This document shows positions 1 through 12,222 of a stretch of 64,000 bases of DNA, in pieces; the first letter of the stretch is position 1, and the number at the start of each line of letters is the position of its first letter. A model generated the notes under the pieces. The model was given only the letters and a program-made list of their open reading frames with translations. It was not told the DNA's origin and did no database searches. Source of the DNA: Phoronis australis (taxonomy: Eukaryota > Animalia > Phoronida); assembly GCA_002633005.1 (NCBI GenBank), contig NMRA01000012.1, positions 671,534 to 735,533 on the forward strand. Direction: 5' to 3'. The position numbers and the translations under genes were made by a program.

Positions 1-199
1 AAGTTTGCAAAATACTAGGTACTAGTGACCAGTCCAAAGATAGAGTGCTTAGTTACAGAATCCTCCACAAACTTATTTTATCGTCAGGTTTTATTCTTTT
101 CCAAGTCACATGATCTCGATTGAGAACTATCAGCTGTTCTGTGTTGTCGAATCCATGTTTCGGCATAAGGTTGTGGGTCGAACATGGAAAGCGGGGGAC

Positions 200-2430
200 C
201 ATTGACCTTGCCAAAAAGCAAGCTGGAGGTGGTTTCTTATAGCAAACAAGAGCGACAGACTGCTACAATCCGATTCATTTCGCTGAATCCTCGTTCACAT
301 TCAGCTGTACTGCAACGAACAGTCTTAATACAGAGGTCCAGTTGTCGGAGAGCACTTGGTAGGTTGTTCACTCTAACCGTTTCCTCCATTTCTATGAACT
401 CGCGCATTCCCCTGATTGCCGATGTCAGTGGCAACCAGCCCAAACCGTTCGCAAATCCGCCTGACTTCGTGCTTGCCATGTCTTATCCCGGATCCCATCG
501 GCCACGTTTTGGGTTCCTAGATGCCCAGACTAGAACAAAATGACTGCTCATCATTGTCAAGTAAACGCCGTTCCAGGTTCACAACAATACTTTGAATATA
601 CTGACCAGGGTGTATGGTCACGGTAGTTCCTTTAAGGGTTTCCTTGTGTTCCAGTGACCCAAACCTCTTCTCTTTAATGCATGTCAGTGCAGTGGCTAAT
701 GCCTGCCCGGGATTATCAACCATAGACTTGAGGACGCGAACCGTCCGACGAATAAGCTTGTTTGCTGGCGGTATTGTTGTGGTTCTGCACTGTAGATCCA
801 CAGAAAGGCTTGACAGCTCTTCTAGCACATCATGCATCAGCGCAAGATTCTGAATGAAGGTGGGACTTTCCAAGTATCGCAGTAATCCCCCCAAAAATAC
901 TCCGATCACTTGAATGACGGTTTCTGTCTTCACTGGCTAACTCTAAAGCAGTGCCATGTCAAAAGTCTAGGGAAGCGTTCGCGTAATCTTGTTGCAACTC
1001 CAGAATGTTTTCCTGTTAAGACACTGGCGCCGTCACTTGCAAATGCAACGAGATGCTCTTGTAAATATTCCATCGTAAAACCACAGTGTTGTAGACTGTT
1101 ACGGAGGGACGCTTCGTTGGATTCGGCATTTTGTCGTTCAAGCTGGACAAGGTCAAGTATTACAAAAAGTGGATCGCTACCACCAATAGATGCTCTTATG
1201 TAAATGATCAGTGCGCTTAATTTGCTTACCGTTGTCGCTTGAACGACTAACACAGCTATCTTTCTATTTTATGCTTTAACTGTACCGACGATTTTTTCGC
1301 GCATTTGCTTGGTTATGTGCTTGATTAGGGACGTTGCACTGAAACGAGAAGGGAGCGTAACACCCAAATTCAAACCATTCAGTTTTTGAAGGTTTTTGAG
1401 GTGCTCGTGATCGATTTATTTGAATAAGTGAATATGCTGTTCTGAAGACTTTTTCCGTTGTGTTGTGCTCATGAGCTGCAACTTTAACCAATGTATTTTC
1501 AATTGCTCTTTTACTTATCGTTTCGTCAATACTTTGAGCAATGTTGTGGGCTTTAGAGCTCATATGACGACTGATTTTACTCCTGAACGACTTTAGTTTA
1601 ACCAGTCGGGAATCTCCAGCTGCTTCTATCAGAAACTGAGTCCACTCCGAATATATTGATACGCCACTTTCTTTCATCAAACCTAGGTCTAGTACAGTAT
1701 AGCAAGAAACGCAACCCAGCTTTCCATCCTAGTGTTCCAACCAGGGATACTTTTTCTTGAATTCCATCCACTGATCGTAATTCCACACGCTTGGACACTG
1801 TGACGAGTCATTATCTGGATCACCTGCAGATATTTCCGTTTCAGACGTGGAGGGATCCGTTTCAGGAATACTAGTTTCAGCAAATAAGTCACTTTCAGTA
1901 GGAGGATTTGGTCCCTTGCTTTCAGATCTCGGCATCTTCTTAAAATATTTTAGTACCGATTGGCAACCATCTGATTGTCGTTTCATAGCGGCACAAAATT
2001 TAAAAGACCTCAATTAAACTTATAATTCGGCAACAATGGTTCGTCTCGTTTGGACGAGTGCATTACAATGACCAGCGTCAGGAACCGCGTGCACTTCAAA
2101 GAGCAAAGTAAGACTGGTGCTGTTTTTAATGTTTGCCAATACCTCATCGAAGCATGCCTGGTGGTCGCGCGCGCCGAAATGTTCGGCAACAATGCTGCCG
2201 TCAGCGTAGCAGCGCATCGATGCCGTAAGCTAATCGTTTCAATACTACGCCCCACATAACCGTCACGTACGGCGCGTTTAGGCGCTACCTTAAAATTTAG
2301 AAAGGTGGTTGGCTGCGCCTACGTGCGCCTACGCCCACTATACCGTATCTTACGGTGGGTAGGCGCTACACTAAAAAACAAAAAGGTGGTTGGCTGCGCC
2401 TACGTGCGCCTACCCCCCACTACAGCACTG
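200..2430 (-). mobile_element. Decayed hAT DNA transposon (ZNF862-like transposase, frameshifted), 5' TIR at 2417-2430; may continue past the window start
   Basis: Minus-strand fragments in colinear order: TTF zinc-finger-like WMEFKKKYPWL (1729-2013), catalytic-core-like LVAFASDGASVLTGKHSGVATRLRERFPRLLTWHC (930-1253), dimerisation-domain STAECERGFSEMN (237-479). Terminus CAGTGCTGTAGTGG with subterminal repeats GGCTGCGCCTACGTGCGCCTAC. Confidence 0.85.
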
Positions 2431-4293
2431 GTTATGTGTACCCATCTGTTAGCCCATATTGCAGTTTTTGTACTGGTACTTAGTTACTTTTGCTGTTTTG
2501 CTCAAGTCCATTTCTATTCTATTGGTAGGCCAATCGACCATTACCCATCTGACATCGTGTGACATCCGGTACTCACTAGCAAGGTACGCATTCGTTCTGT
2601 CCTACCTATCTGGTACCTGAACGTTTACTGTTATATGGGGGCACCTAGCCTTTAATATGGGGGGNNNNTTTTTGCTCACTTCGCCAAATGGGGGGGGGGG
2701 CGCATGTGCTGTTTGTATACTGTACGCATTTGTTACGTACCACCACTTCTGTATAAAGCCGTGAACCAGAAGTTGCCAACACACATCAAATAAACTTCAC
2801 CAAACCGCTCTCTTGTGTTATTTCTCCCTAATTTCATAATAACAATCATTTCTAAGTACTATTATTTTCGTTTTATTCACATTGACAGTCCATTTTTGCA
2901 GTACCTTTCTTTGGCCAACTAGTCTATTATGAATGACATGTTAGCAGAGCAGAGGATCATTATGTTGCAATCCAGGTATGTTTTGAAACATCATTCCAAA
3001 TTTCTTTGAAAACTGCGACACAAACAGCACTGGGCATTACGTGCGTCCAGTAAATATTCATAATCTTCAGTCACTCGAATCATCTATAGATTAAAACGCT
3101 AAAAAAGCCCGGATGTTGCCCAATTGGAGTTCCTCGAACAAAAACAACTCGAAAGCCGCCGAGTGGACATCCGCCCCCACCCGAAGCCTCTTGCTCTTTT
3201 GCGCCGGGTTTTGAGGCTGCAAAATCTCGAATTGTTTTTTTTCTTTATCTTACTGGGTCCTAGGCTTCAGTCCATCGAGTGATTCGGCGAACGCGCTTCT
3301 TTCTCGAAATCAAATTGTTCCGGGGTATTCGTCTGCTGACTGCGTTTTCGTTTTCGCCTCATAGGTTGCGTGCTCAATATTCGGCGGCGACAGAAATCAA
3401 AGAAACGATGTAAACGTTGAATAATTGTCCGAAATTCTAGTCAAACGAATGCGCGGCCACGGCATTTTACGCGCACCTGTTCGCCGCCGCGTACCAGTGT
3501 GCTGCGGTCGCGTCTATTCACATACTGAGAAGCCATGACGACTGGACTGAGCGAGTTCCTCGCTTATTCTTCCTGTTAAAAATACTTTTAGATTAGAGGT
3601 AAGTGATCAATGTCCCAACCTTTATTTCTGTTAGTGCAGTGCCACAGATATATGTCCACTTTTCGTCCATTTTTGCAAAAAGCGAACCGAGGTCGTGCGC
3701 TGTCACGCCGGGTTTTTCCTGGCTTTGTCTTCCTACTAGCCCACTGTGTCAACTGTTCAAATGTATTGTGTTTACCCGCTTAAATCATTCATTTCGGCGT
3801 TTGTTATGCAAACCCTGGTGTGGAATCAGTCCTGCTCTCGAATATTATGGTCATAAATAGTAGTCGATCACCACATTTTGCTTTTTGGGTTCAAACTCAC
3901 TTATAAACAAAAGTGTTTGAGGTGTCCCGCATCAGGTCAGGTGCTTACCCAAGTCAACCGAGATAACAGTCATTAGTTAACTTGACAGAATATTTCGAAA
4001 CCGTTGCCGGTATTAACCCTTTGCCTATAGGAAAAAATAACATCACCTGGGCACTTTCTTTTAATGGCTAAAAGTTTTTGTTTCGTGTAGTAAACGTGAG
4101 TCAGTGAAAGTGGCGTCGTTGGACAGTTCTAAATCATTTTAATCCAGAACGAGGTCAAACCAAAAAATTAGGTCTGAAGACAGAAATTAAGCCACGGAAT
4201 ATCTCCCCCACAGGGAAGCAATAAAAAGAAAACAACTTTGCAGATACCTTATGACACTACACTAAACACCGTAACCATAAAGTAGTTTCCTTT

Positions 4294-4435
4294 GCAGGCC
4301 TCGACACCAAGTCTTATAAGTCACATAGTTTTTGCACTGGCGCGGCCACATTAGCAGCCAGCCGTGGCGTTTCTGAACCGGTGATCCGGCGCATGGGGCG
4401 CTGGAAATCTGGTGCACTAAAAACTACATTCGCAT
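4294..4435 (+). pseudogene. Tyrosine recombinase C-terminal fragment (DIRS/Ngaro-type retroelement remnant)
   Basis: Translates AGLDTKSYKSHSFCTGAATLAASRGVSEPVIRRMGRWKSGAL, then a frameshift to YIR. Matches the HSxRxGAAT...GRWxSxxxxxY box II pattern, with the catalytic R changed to C. Confidence 0.8.
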
Positions 4436-4558
4436 ATCTGCTTTTTCCTCTTAACCCAGCTTCCTCAACTCCTGGCGAGTCTGTTGTTGCAGTTCCCCAT
4501 TTCTCTCCCTTTACTTTTCAGCCCCTCCCGCTACTCTGGGTCTGTGGTTTCAACACCC

Positions 4559-4810
4559 CAGGTCAGGTCTGTTGTTGCAGCCTACCTCCTCCCGTTCGCA
4601 GGTCTGTTTTTGCAGCCTGCACCCAAAGGTCTCTAGTTGCAGCCTGCACCCACAGGTCTGTTGTTGCAGCCTGCGACCCAAAGGTCTGTAGTTGCAGCCT
4701 GCACCCACAGATCTGATGTTGCAGCCTGCACCCACAGGTCTGTAGTTGCAGCCTGCACCCACAGTTCTCTAGTTGCAGGCTACGACCCAAAGGTCTGTAG
4801 TTGCAGGCTT
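4559..4810. repeat. ~25 bp minisatellite (CAGGTCTGTTGTTGCAGCCTGCACCCA-like), about 10 units
   Basis: Directly visible tandem units. They explain the spurious repetitive ORFs here. Confidence 0.9.
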
Positions 4811-5260
4811 TGCAAATTCTAGTCATTAGTTCTAGTTACCTTTACCTCCATTGCTGAATTTTTATGCTCAGTTTTTTATATTCTAGCTTTTGTATTCCAG
4901 TTTTCAGTTATACCTTTATTAGTCCATATATTGTTTCATAGTCTACCATTGTTATTGCCCGGGTTACGCTTCCTCGGATGGGCGATGTCAGTATTCCCAT
5001 ACTGCCATTATGGCGTTTTTTCCATGCCCATCATGCAGAGTCTTGATTAGTTCTTTCTATTAGCGTCATAATAAATGACATTATTCTCAATCCTTATCTT
5101 GTTTTACTCAGCAACATAGTTCTTGGCGAAATAGATTCCGATAAATTACATTTAACTTGTTAAATGCATTTATCGTCTTTATTTTGACATTTGTCACTTT
5201 ATTTTGATATCAACCCTTAGGGTTTATTTTTCATTACTCATCTCTATTTAAAGCCTCAAG

Positions 5261-5798
5261 AGTAGTATAGTAAGAGGTTTTGGGCGCCCGTTTTGAGGGT
5301 CTCGGTCAAAGGTCATCTTTGTGAAAGGAGGTCACGTGGTATAACTGCGATCGGGACACCTACCGGACGGATGTGTCAATGACGTCATGACGTAATAGGT
5401 TTAATTAGAGAGGCAACCCGTTTTGCGGCTCCTAGCAACGGATTGAAACAAAAGAGGGATAATAACAAAACCTGGATTACCTTAGTTCGTGTGCCTGTCG
5501 TTGTATATTGTGTGCTTGTTTCATCAAAAACAAAGGAAAAAGGCGATAACCACCCAACCCAACAACAGATGTCGTGTAAAGTCTAACCCAGGCCCCGACG
5601 GTACTGAGCAAATCGTACTAATAATAATAAGAAGCGATCAGCTAACGCAGAACATAAAACCGATAGCGTTTAAACGTGTATTAATGACAAACCAACACTA
5701 CAAATATCATACAAATATAAAATCATCAAAACGTTCAGTAGTCTATAGCAAATTGATCAAATGTCCGATGACAGTTACCGGTTTCAACTACAAAAAGT
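5261..5798 (+). mobile_element. Polinton/Maverick left terminus (TIR variant 1), ending at an N join
   Basis: Starts AGTAGTATAGTAAG, the (AGT)n-type Polinton end. Near-identical to 6322-6906. Confidence 0.75.
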
Positions 5799-6139
5799 AN
5801 AATTCCTGGAACCTGTAGTGATTCGCCCTGTGCTGTTTTCTCCAGCCCAGGGCCCCTAAGCAGCCCTGCAGCGATATTGAGTAGTGGGAGTGATTACAGG
5901 CCCAGTTTGACACCCAGTGAAGAGGACAGTTCGTCGTTCAGTGAACAGATCAGTGAGTCAAACTTTGATAAGTTTATTGTGGACGTGTCTATTTAGAAGG
6001 TGCCAGGTGTGTGGCGAGGGTGTCACACGACACGATGTAAGCAGTTAGGGTGCGCAGGTCACCATCCAGTGGTAGTGTGTCGCGGGACACTCTGGAAAAA
6101 AGGGACAGTTGTTCCTCTATCCGTGGTATGCCGGAGGTC

Positions 6140-6321
6140 CACTTAACCATGTCCAGTAGTGGCTTGGCGTCGTCGAACTCTGAACAGCACACGCATTCCA
6201 TTGAGGTAGGCATAACAACGCACACAGTGCATTTGCACCAAGATGTGTCACCACGTCTGTCCTCAGTAGCCGCCTCGTTTTTCTCAACAACTGCCTGTGC
6301 CTGTGCGCACTCTGCCTCGTT
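6140..6321 (-). pseudogene. Cys-rich P2X7 C-terminal ('ballast')-like fragment, probably from a transposon accessory gene; truncated by the Polinton end at 6322
   Basis: RRGDTSWCKCTVCVVMPTSMECVCCSE matches the WCxCxxCxxMxxxxECxCCxE motif. Confidence 0.65.
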
Positions 6322-7297
6322 AGTAGTATAGTAAGAGGTTTTGGGCGCCCGTTTTGAGGCTCCTCGGTCAAAGGTCATCTATGTGAAAGGAGGTCACGTG
6401 GTATAACTGCGATCGTGACACCTACCGGACGGATGTGTCAATGACGTAATAGGTTTAATTAGAGAGACACCTCGTTTTGCGGCTCCTAGCAACGGATTGA
6501 AACAAAAGAGGGATGATAACAAAACGTGGATGAGTTCGTGTGCCTGTCGTTGTATATTGTGTGTTCTGTCTCATCAAAAACAAAAGGCAACAACAGATGT
6601 CGTGTAAAGTCTAACCCAGGCCCCGACGGTACTGAGCGAATCGTACTCGTAATACTAATAATAATAAGAAGCGACCAGCTAACGCAGAACATAAAACCGA
6701 TAGCGTTTAAACGTGTATTAATGACAAACCAAGACTACAAATATCATACAAATGTAAAATCATCAAAACCTTCAGAAAACGTAGTCTATAGCAAATTGTT
6801 CAAATGTCCGAATTCAATGTTCAAATCATCAAAACCTTCGGAAAAGTAGTCTATAGCAAATTGATCAAATGTCCGATGACAGTTACCGGTTTCAACTACA
6901 AAAAGTAGGTGAACGCGCACCTCTCTTGCAGGTAGGTATAGTGTTGGAAATAGTCTGATTAACTAAGAGAGAAAAGAAACTTTTCAGTTTTAACCGAGTA
7001 TTACTAACGGCATACAAAATTGAATAAAGACGGATGAATGCGAAGTGTGACGTCAAGTTTTCGTTCACAAATATAAACAAAGCAACTTCTGAGCTTTGAA
7101 AAATCTTACATAATCATCGTGTAAAGTTTGGGCTGACACAAACACGTCTGGGCATACACGCGTCGCAAATAAATGATTGTCTTTATGTTATTAGGTGCTA
7201 CGCAAAGTAAGTTTATAAAAAGACCTCGGTAAGATAAGTAAACCGAAGAGACGACTGATTATGCAAACTATTCCGAGATCAAAGTGTGCGAGTTAGT

Positions 7298-8280
7298 GGT
7301 GAGTTATCATTTGCTTCTCTTAGCCAGACTTTCAAGTTTCGTTTCGCGTACGTAGTATCCAGCCTTTCGTTGTTTTTGACCAACCGTCTATACTCTGTAT
7401 TTTTATTTCATTTTGTAGATCGTCTATAATCAATATTCGATAACTTTTTTTATTATTTTTGTCTATTTTATGTTAACCATCCTCTGAAAATGTATAAAGG
7501 TTTGTCACCTACACTACCTCTGTGGTGAGTTTATCGTAAACAATTCCGATTATTTCAAAATTTTTATTCTCTTTTTCCGTAAGCAAACATTTTAACAGAC
7601 ATCAACTACCAATTTATCAATTTCAATCTAACAATCTCCGTAGCTTAATATGATAAGTTACAATGCGCGTTTAGACTTTGAATATATGTATACGAGTTGC
7701 GATTACATTAATCCGTCGACAAATTCTGAAACACAGCGATCGATAGTTTTAGTGTCTTTATCAAACAAATTCGCAATAAAGTCCATGCTCCATCCTCGTG
7801 GTAGAGGTGAGTTATCATTTGCTTAACCCTTCTCTTAGCTGGCCGTTTAAATTTCGTTTCGCGTACGTAATATTCAGCCTTTCGTTGTTTTTGACCAACC
7901 GTCTATACAGAATATTCAAAACCCTTTTTAAATACCCGTGTTTTTGTTTTTCATTTATCTTATTTATTTTGTAGATGAACCATCCTCTGAAGTTGTCTAA
8001 AGGTTTTGTACCAACACTGTATCTGTGGTGGGTTAATTTATTATAAACAACTCCGACTATTTCAATATTTGTTTTTATTTTGTTTTCGTAAGCAAAAATT
8101 AACACGTGTCAGCTACCAATATTCCAATTTCAATATAACTTTATTTTCCTTGGCGCAACACTATAAGTTAGAATGGGCGTTTAGACTTAATATATGAATA
8201 CGAGTTATGATTACAATTGTCCGTCAATAAGTTTTAAAACATAGTGATCGCTAGTTTTGGTGTCTTTCATTCTCATATCA
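7298..8280 (-). pseudogene. Tandemly duplicated (~510 bp x2) degenerate unknown ORF inside the Polinton
   Basis: GGTGAGTTATCATTTGCTT...TTTCGTTTCGCGTACGTA...TTGACCAACCGTCTATAC occurs at both 7298 and 7806. The second copy retains the open frame 7815-8105. Confidence 0.55.
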
Positions 8281-8289
8281 TCCATTCAC

Positions 8290-8850
8290 TGTGCAATAAT
8301 CATCTCCCAAAGTTGTTAACATTACCATCAAGTGAATCCCTAGGAATATCAAAAAATCATCTAATATACAATCTGTGAATGAGCCAGTCCTAGCGTTAAA
8401 GTCTGCAGTCAGTACTATATGCACCTCGCGCATTAAAGTAGCTTGTAACTGAGTGATACATGTATTTTCAATCTTCTTCTACCTTCAAACTACCGCCCCC
8501 ATGCGCATTGCTAAAAGCAGTAGCTGACTCTGTAGCAACATAAGTCAAAATATAAAGTACGCCCAGTCTTTGTCTGTTTTGAAAGCTCGACAAACAATTC
8601 CTATCATGTCAGGATAATCAGAAAATGTTTTGATGACTTACTTAGATAATGCTGCTTTCACTAAGACGGCAACACCTCCTGAGCATCTACCATGATATGC
8701 CTTTTAAACTCTCGAATTTTTAAAATGCTACCAAACCTCCAAATACATGTTTACACTGGCTGTTTTGTTTTGGTCAGTTTCTGTGATTCCCACAAGCTCG
8801 TTCATCAGATCGTGCCTACATGAATCTGGTCTAATCAAGTTTCAATCTAG
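8290..8850 (-). pseudogene. LINE apurinic endonuclease fragment
   Basis: Minus-strand motifs LVGITET, GRCSGGVAVLVK and VHIVLTADFNARTG, in the correct order. Confidence 0.7.
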
Positions 8851-9439
8851 ATTCCAGACCGTGTGGGTTCCATGTTCATATTTTAAGCCCTCGCCCGAAA
8901 ACCTATTCGTTATCAAACGACATGAGAGCGATGTCGTTATTTTGTATGTTCATATATATAACTTTTTTCTACGCGTAGGTTATCGTAGCACCAGAAAGCA
9001 CGTTTTCCCTCTCATCCAGACTTCAGCAAGAGTGGTTTGAGATGTTGTATTTTTTCTCGAACAGATTCAATGAAACCCTATCCATAGCTGGTGTCTTAAA
9101 ACTTTTTTTCCGTTTTGTAGAACAAGGTGTTTGTATTTAAATTTCTACAATTTGACGACGATCGAGTGTAGGTTTCACGTTGACTGACGATTTTATTTTC
9201 AAAGTTCTGTCACGATTCCATTTCAATGCCATAAGGGCACCAACAAATAAAACGGCGAAAGTATCTTGCAGCAATGCGCGACCCGGGCACATCTTTTAAA
9301 ACGCAACACTATTCAAAAATGTAAGATTCACGCAGTCGCGTAAAACATGACTTAGTTCTTATTTCGATTATCCTTGGGGTTTTTTGTTTCATAAGTTGCC
9401 ACTTCAATTACGTTAAATCTACTGGACAAAACTTCTTGT

Positions 9440-10200
9440 ACAAGAGCAACGCGGAACGTCAAAATGTTCCCACGACTCCACCGCAAACGGTGTGCGTCTA
9501 GGGATGTTGTTAAATAAATAAGTTTCCTGCAGATGGGTTGGGACATGCAACCACTAAGAGGCGCCACGGTAGCCCAAGTCGTTCGACGATCCTCATCAGC
9601 CGGCCTCTTCACAATAGAAACATCAACGCAAATTTTCAAAATCATCCTCAGAGTACAGAGAGGCGGACGCAAAACGAGACTAGAAAACAGTGAAAATGAA
9701 CACCAGGTAGTGGAGTATATATCGAATTCACCCTAAAACAGGGAAATGTCATCGTGTCTTTAATAAAAAGCTATTTACCAAAAGTCATAACAAGAGCAAC
9801 GCGGAGAATTAAACTGAACCCACGAACGCACCGCAAACTGTATGCTTGCACGGGAGTTTATCTGTATCTAAAAATGGCCACCGAATGGTGCAAAAAAGTC
9901 TAATCCATCCAAAAACGGCAACACATAATCGTGTTTTTCTTAATAGAAAGCTATATTACCAAATTTCATAAAAATCGGTCAAGGAATTCACAGAAACAGA
10001 GGAAAACGGAAAAAAATAAATTGACACTAGGGGCAAAAAGTTCGCCGGATCCGTCCAAAAGTCGTCGTCCCCTGTTGTCAACTTATACGCTTGCTAAATT
10101 TAACAAAGATCCTGCAGTCCGTTATCAAGTTCATATCATTACTCTTGTTAAATTTAATAAGGCTCCTGTAGTGGGTTTAGGAAGCTGTCGGGTCTGTGTT
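9440..10200 (+). repeat. Two truncated copies of the Helentron/HINE-like repeat also found at 45197 and 51736
   Basis: Starts ACAAGAGCAACGCGGA at 9440 and 9789. Shares internal AAAGATCCTGCAG and AAAGTCGTCGTC units with the full copies. Confidence 0.7.
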
Positions 10201-10483
10201 ATCCATCCATCCATTCGTGTTTCTGTCGAGAAAAGTCTTGCAAGTGGTCCGAAACCGGTGACACGCCGTTCGAGTCAAAATATTATCCTTTTCTATCCTG
10301 GGTTAGATAAATAGCCACCCAGTGTGTTCCAGGTTTGTGGCTAGGATCGTAGTTGCAAACGTAAGCATTCGGATGTGAAACGACACCTAGGCTATACAAT
10401 TCATCACTGGCAAGACAACTGCCAAAGACCGGTGCCACAAAGTCATTGGTTTCTAGAATTGCAGTAATCTGATGAGTCTTCAT
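10200..10483 (-). pseudogene. Polinton adenain-like cysteine protease (PRO), N-terminal half with a premature stop
   Basis: CNYDPSHKPGTHWVAIYLTQDRKG*YFDSNG retains the catalytic His and the YFDS motif. It overlaps the MCP stop codon (ATGA), the usual MCP-PRO order. Confidence 0.9.
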
Positions 10484-10775
10484 GGTGTGAAATCAAACAA
10501 GACGTTTCTAGGTCTGTCAATTTCCACAATGTTTTCAAACTCGGCATAACAAACGGCGTTCATTGTAGAAGGCAGTGCCCGTGCGAAATGAACTTCCAAG
10601 CAGAGGTTTCCGTGTTTTATGAGATTAAAATAACCCCCATCCGATAGGTCAGGGGTCAGATCAAAAACAAACAACGTGTTGCCGCCGGCGTAATCCACAC
10701 GTTCTATGTAGTTACCTTCGTCCTCGTAATTCTGTCTCGTTATCGAAAACAAGGTCATGAAAGCTCTAACGCCGT
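10480..10775 (-). pseudogene. Polinton major capsid protein (MCP/PY), C-terminal fragment
   Basis: EGNYIERVDYAGGNTLFVFDLTPDL...GNLCLEVHFARAL...YAEFENIVEIDRPRNVLFDF is the characteristic Polinton MCP C-terminus. Confidence 0.9.
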
Positions 10776-10915
10776 AGATTTGTCAAATGACCTCGCTTCC
10801 GTAAGTAAACAATGTTCCCAAATAGGCTCTATAGCCGTAAGTGTTGGTTGAAGGAGACATCAAATTTTCGTTCAAAGAGATATCGTCTGTTTACAGTTAT
10901 GCACCATATTATGAA

Positions 10916-11889
10916 TCAATATTTCACTAACTTTTTCAATTTGGCTATGAAATGTTTCCAGCCAGACCAGTTACATTCAATTATCATGGCTGCTATATCA
11001 CAAGGATGCCGCCTCTCAGATTTACGGGCTGAAACAATGGCACCAATGTAATCCGTCTTTTTGGAATCACAATATATATTGTAAATAGACGTTGGAAATG
11101 GCGTGATAACACTAACTATATAACTACACAGCAAACGACTCAATCGTCCATTACCATCCCCAAACGGATGAAGTGAGACGAACTCAAAGAAAAACCAAGC
11201 AGCGCACTTGAATACCAATTCAATCTTTTTACGTTCATTTTTGATATGTTTTGCATCTTCAATGACGTCGTTGTAAATGTCAATTAAAATCTGAACACGC
11301 TGTTCTGCGTCTTCTTCGCTCTTAAACTCTGGATAATAACGAATCTCTCCTTTATATTCTGCGCTCCTTGGATTCAAACTGTAGTGTCCTGGAACTGTGC
11401 TGCATTGATTGATTCCCCGCATTAACTTTTTGTGAACTTCTTTAATAAATTCACTTTGTTCCAGAAGTCCAAGATACAAGTGATGGTCAGTTTCTTGTTT
11501 CAAAAGGTCAGCCATGTAATCCATTGCTAGCTTAATATGCACAGTTTCAGTCGCACTCTTTGAACTGGATCTCCTGAGACTGGGAGTGTTTGTTAGTTCC
11601 CTCAGAACTGCCTTCGTCTCTTCCAAGGTTTGAGTTCCGATTTCTTCTCCAACATTGACACGGTAAATAAAACTAGTTCTCATTTCGTCTAATACTTCGT
11701 CAACATCCTTATTTGCATACTTCTTTTTTTTTCGAACCATTCTTCACGAAAACCAACAATTTCACTAAGCATCTTGGAAACTTTTGGTAAGCTTCCATCC
11801 TCACGCCAAGGAGGGGATTCAGTTGCACGGAAATCCAGTACTTTCCAGCATCTACTACCAGAACCTTGAACAGCACTTGTGGATTCCAT
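10916..11889 (-). CDS. Fic-domain protein (putative AMPylase). Open frame 10916-11740; ~324 aa if one base is restored in the A-run near 11730
   Basis: Complete HPFGDGNGRLSR motif, IKEVHKKLM and PGHYS flap region, and IYRVNVGEEIGTQTLEETK resembling the FICD inhibitory helix region. The ATG at 11889 follows a TTGTTTTTCAG acceptor. No TM or TPR region, so it is not FICD. Confidence 0.85.
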
Positions 11890-12222
11890 GGGAAACTGAA
11901 AAACAAAACAATGATAATTATATGACTAAACTGTCAACACCACCCTCCTGCCTCTCTTTCCCAACANTTTGCATACTTCTTTTTTATTTCGAACCATTCT
12001 TCACGAAAACCAACAATTTCACTAAGCATCTTGGAAACTTTTGGCAAGCTTCCATCCTCACGCCAAGGAGGGGATTCAGTTGCACGGAAATCCAGTACTT
12101 TCCAGCATCTACTACCAGAACCTTGAGCAGCACTTGTGGATTCCATTGGAAACTGAAAAACAAAACAATGATAATTATATGACTAAACTGTCAACACCAC
12201 CCCCTGCCTCTCTTTCCCAACA
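11712..12222. repeat. 255 bp tandem duplication of the Fic 5' region across an N join (probably haplotype overlap)
   Basis: 11712-11966 matches 11968-12222 with a few substitutions and a 1 bp indel. N at 11967. Confidence 0.85.

Noticed and set aside
4550-4826. Cys-rich repetitive ORFs on both strands
   Set aside because: They are translations of the 25 bp minisatellite.
5489-5818. Recurring ~100 aa ORF (also 6526-6849 and 38330-38605)
   Set aside because: It lies in the Polinton terminal region, starts and frames differ between copies, and no protein motif is evident.
10916-11889. Calling the Fic gene FICD/HYPE or bacterial contamination
   Set aside because: It lacks TM/TPR and the TVAIEGN motif. 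It has a splice acceptor before the ATG and eukaryotic TE context.
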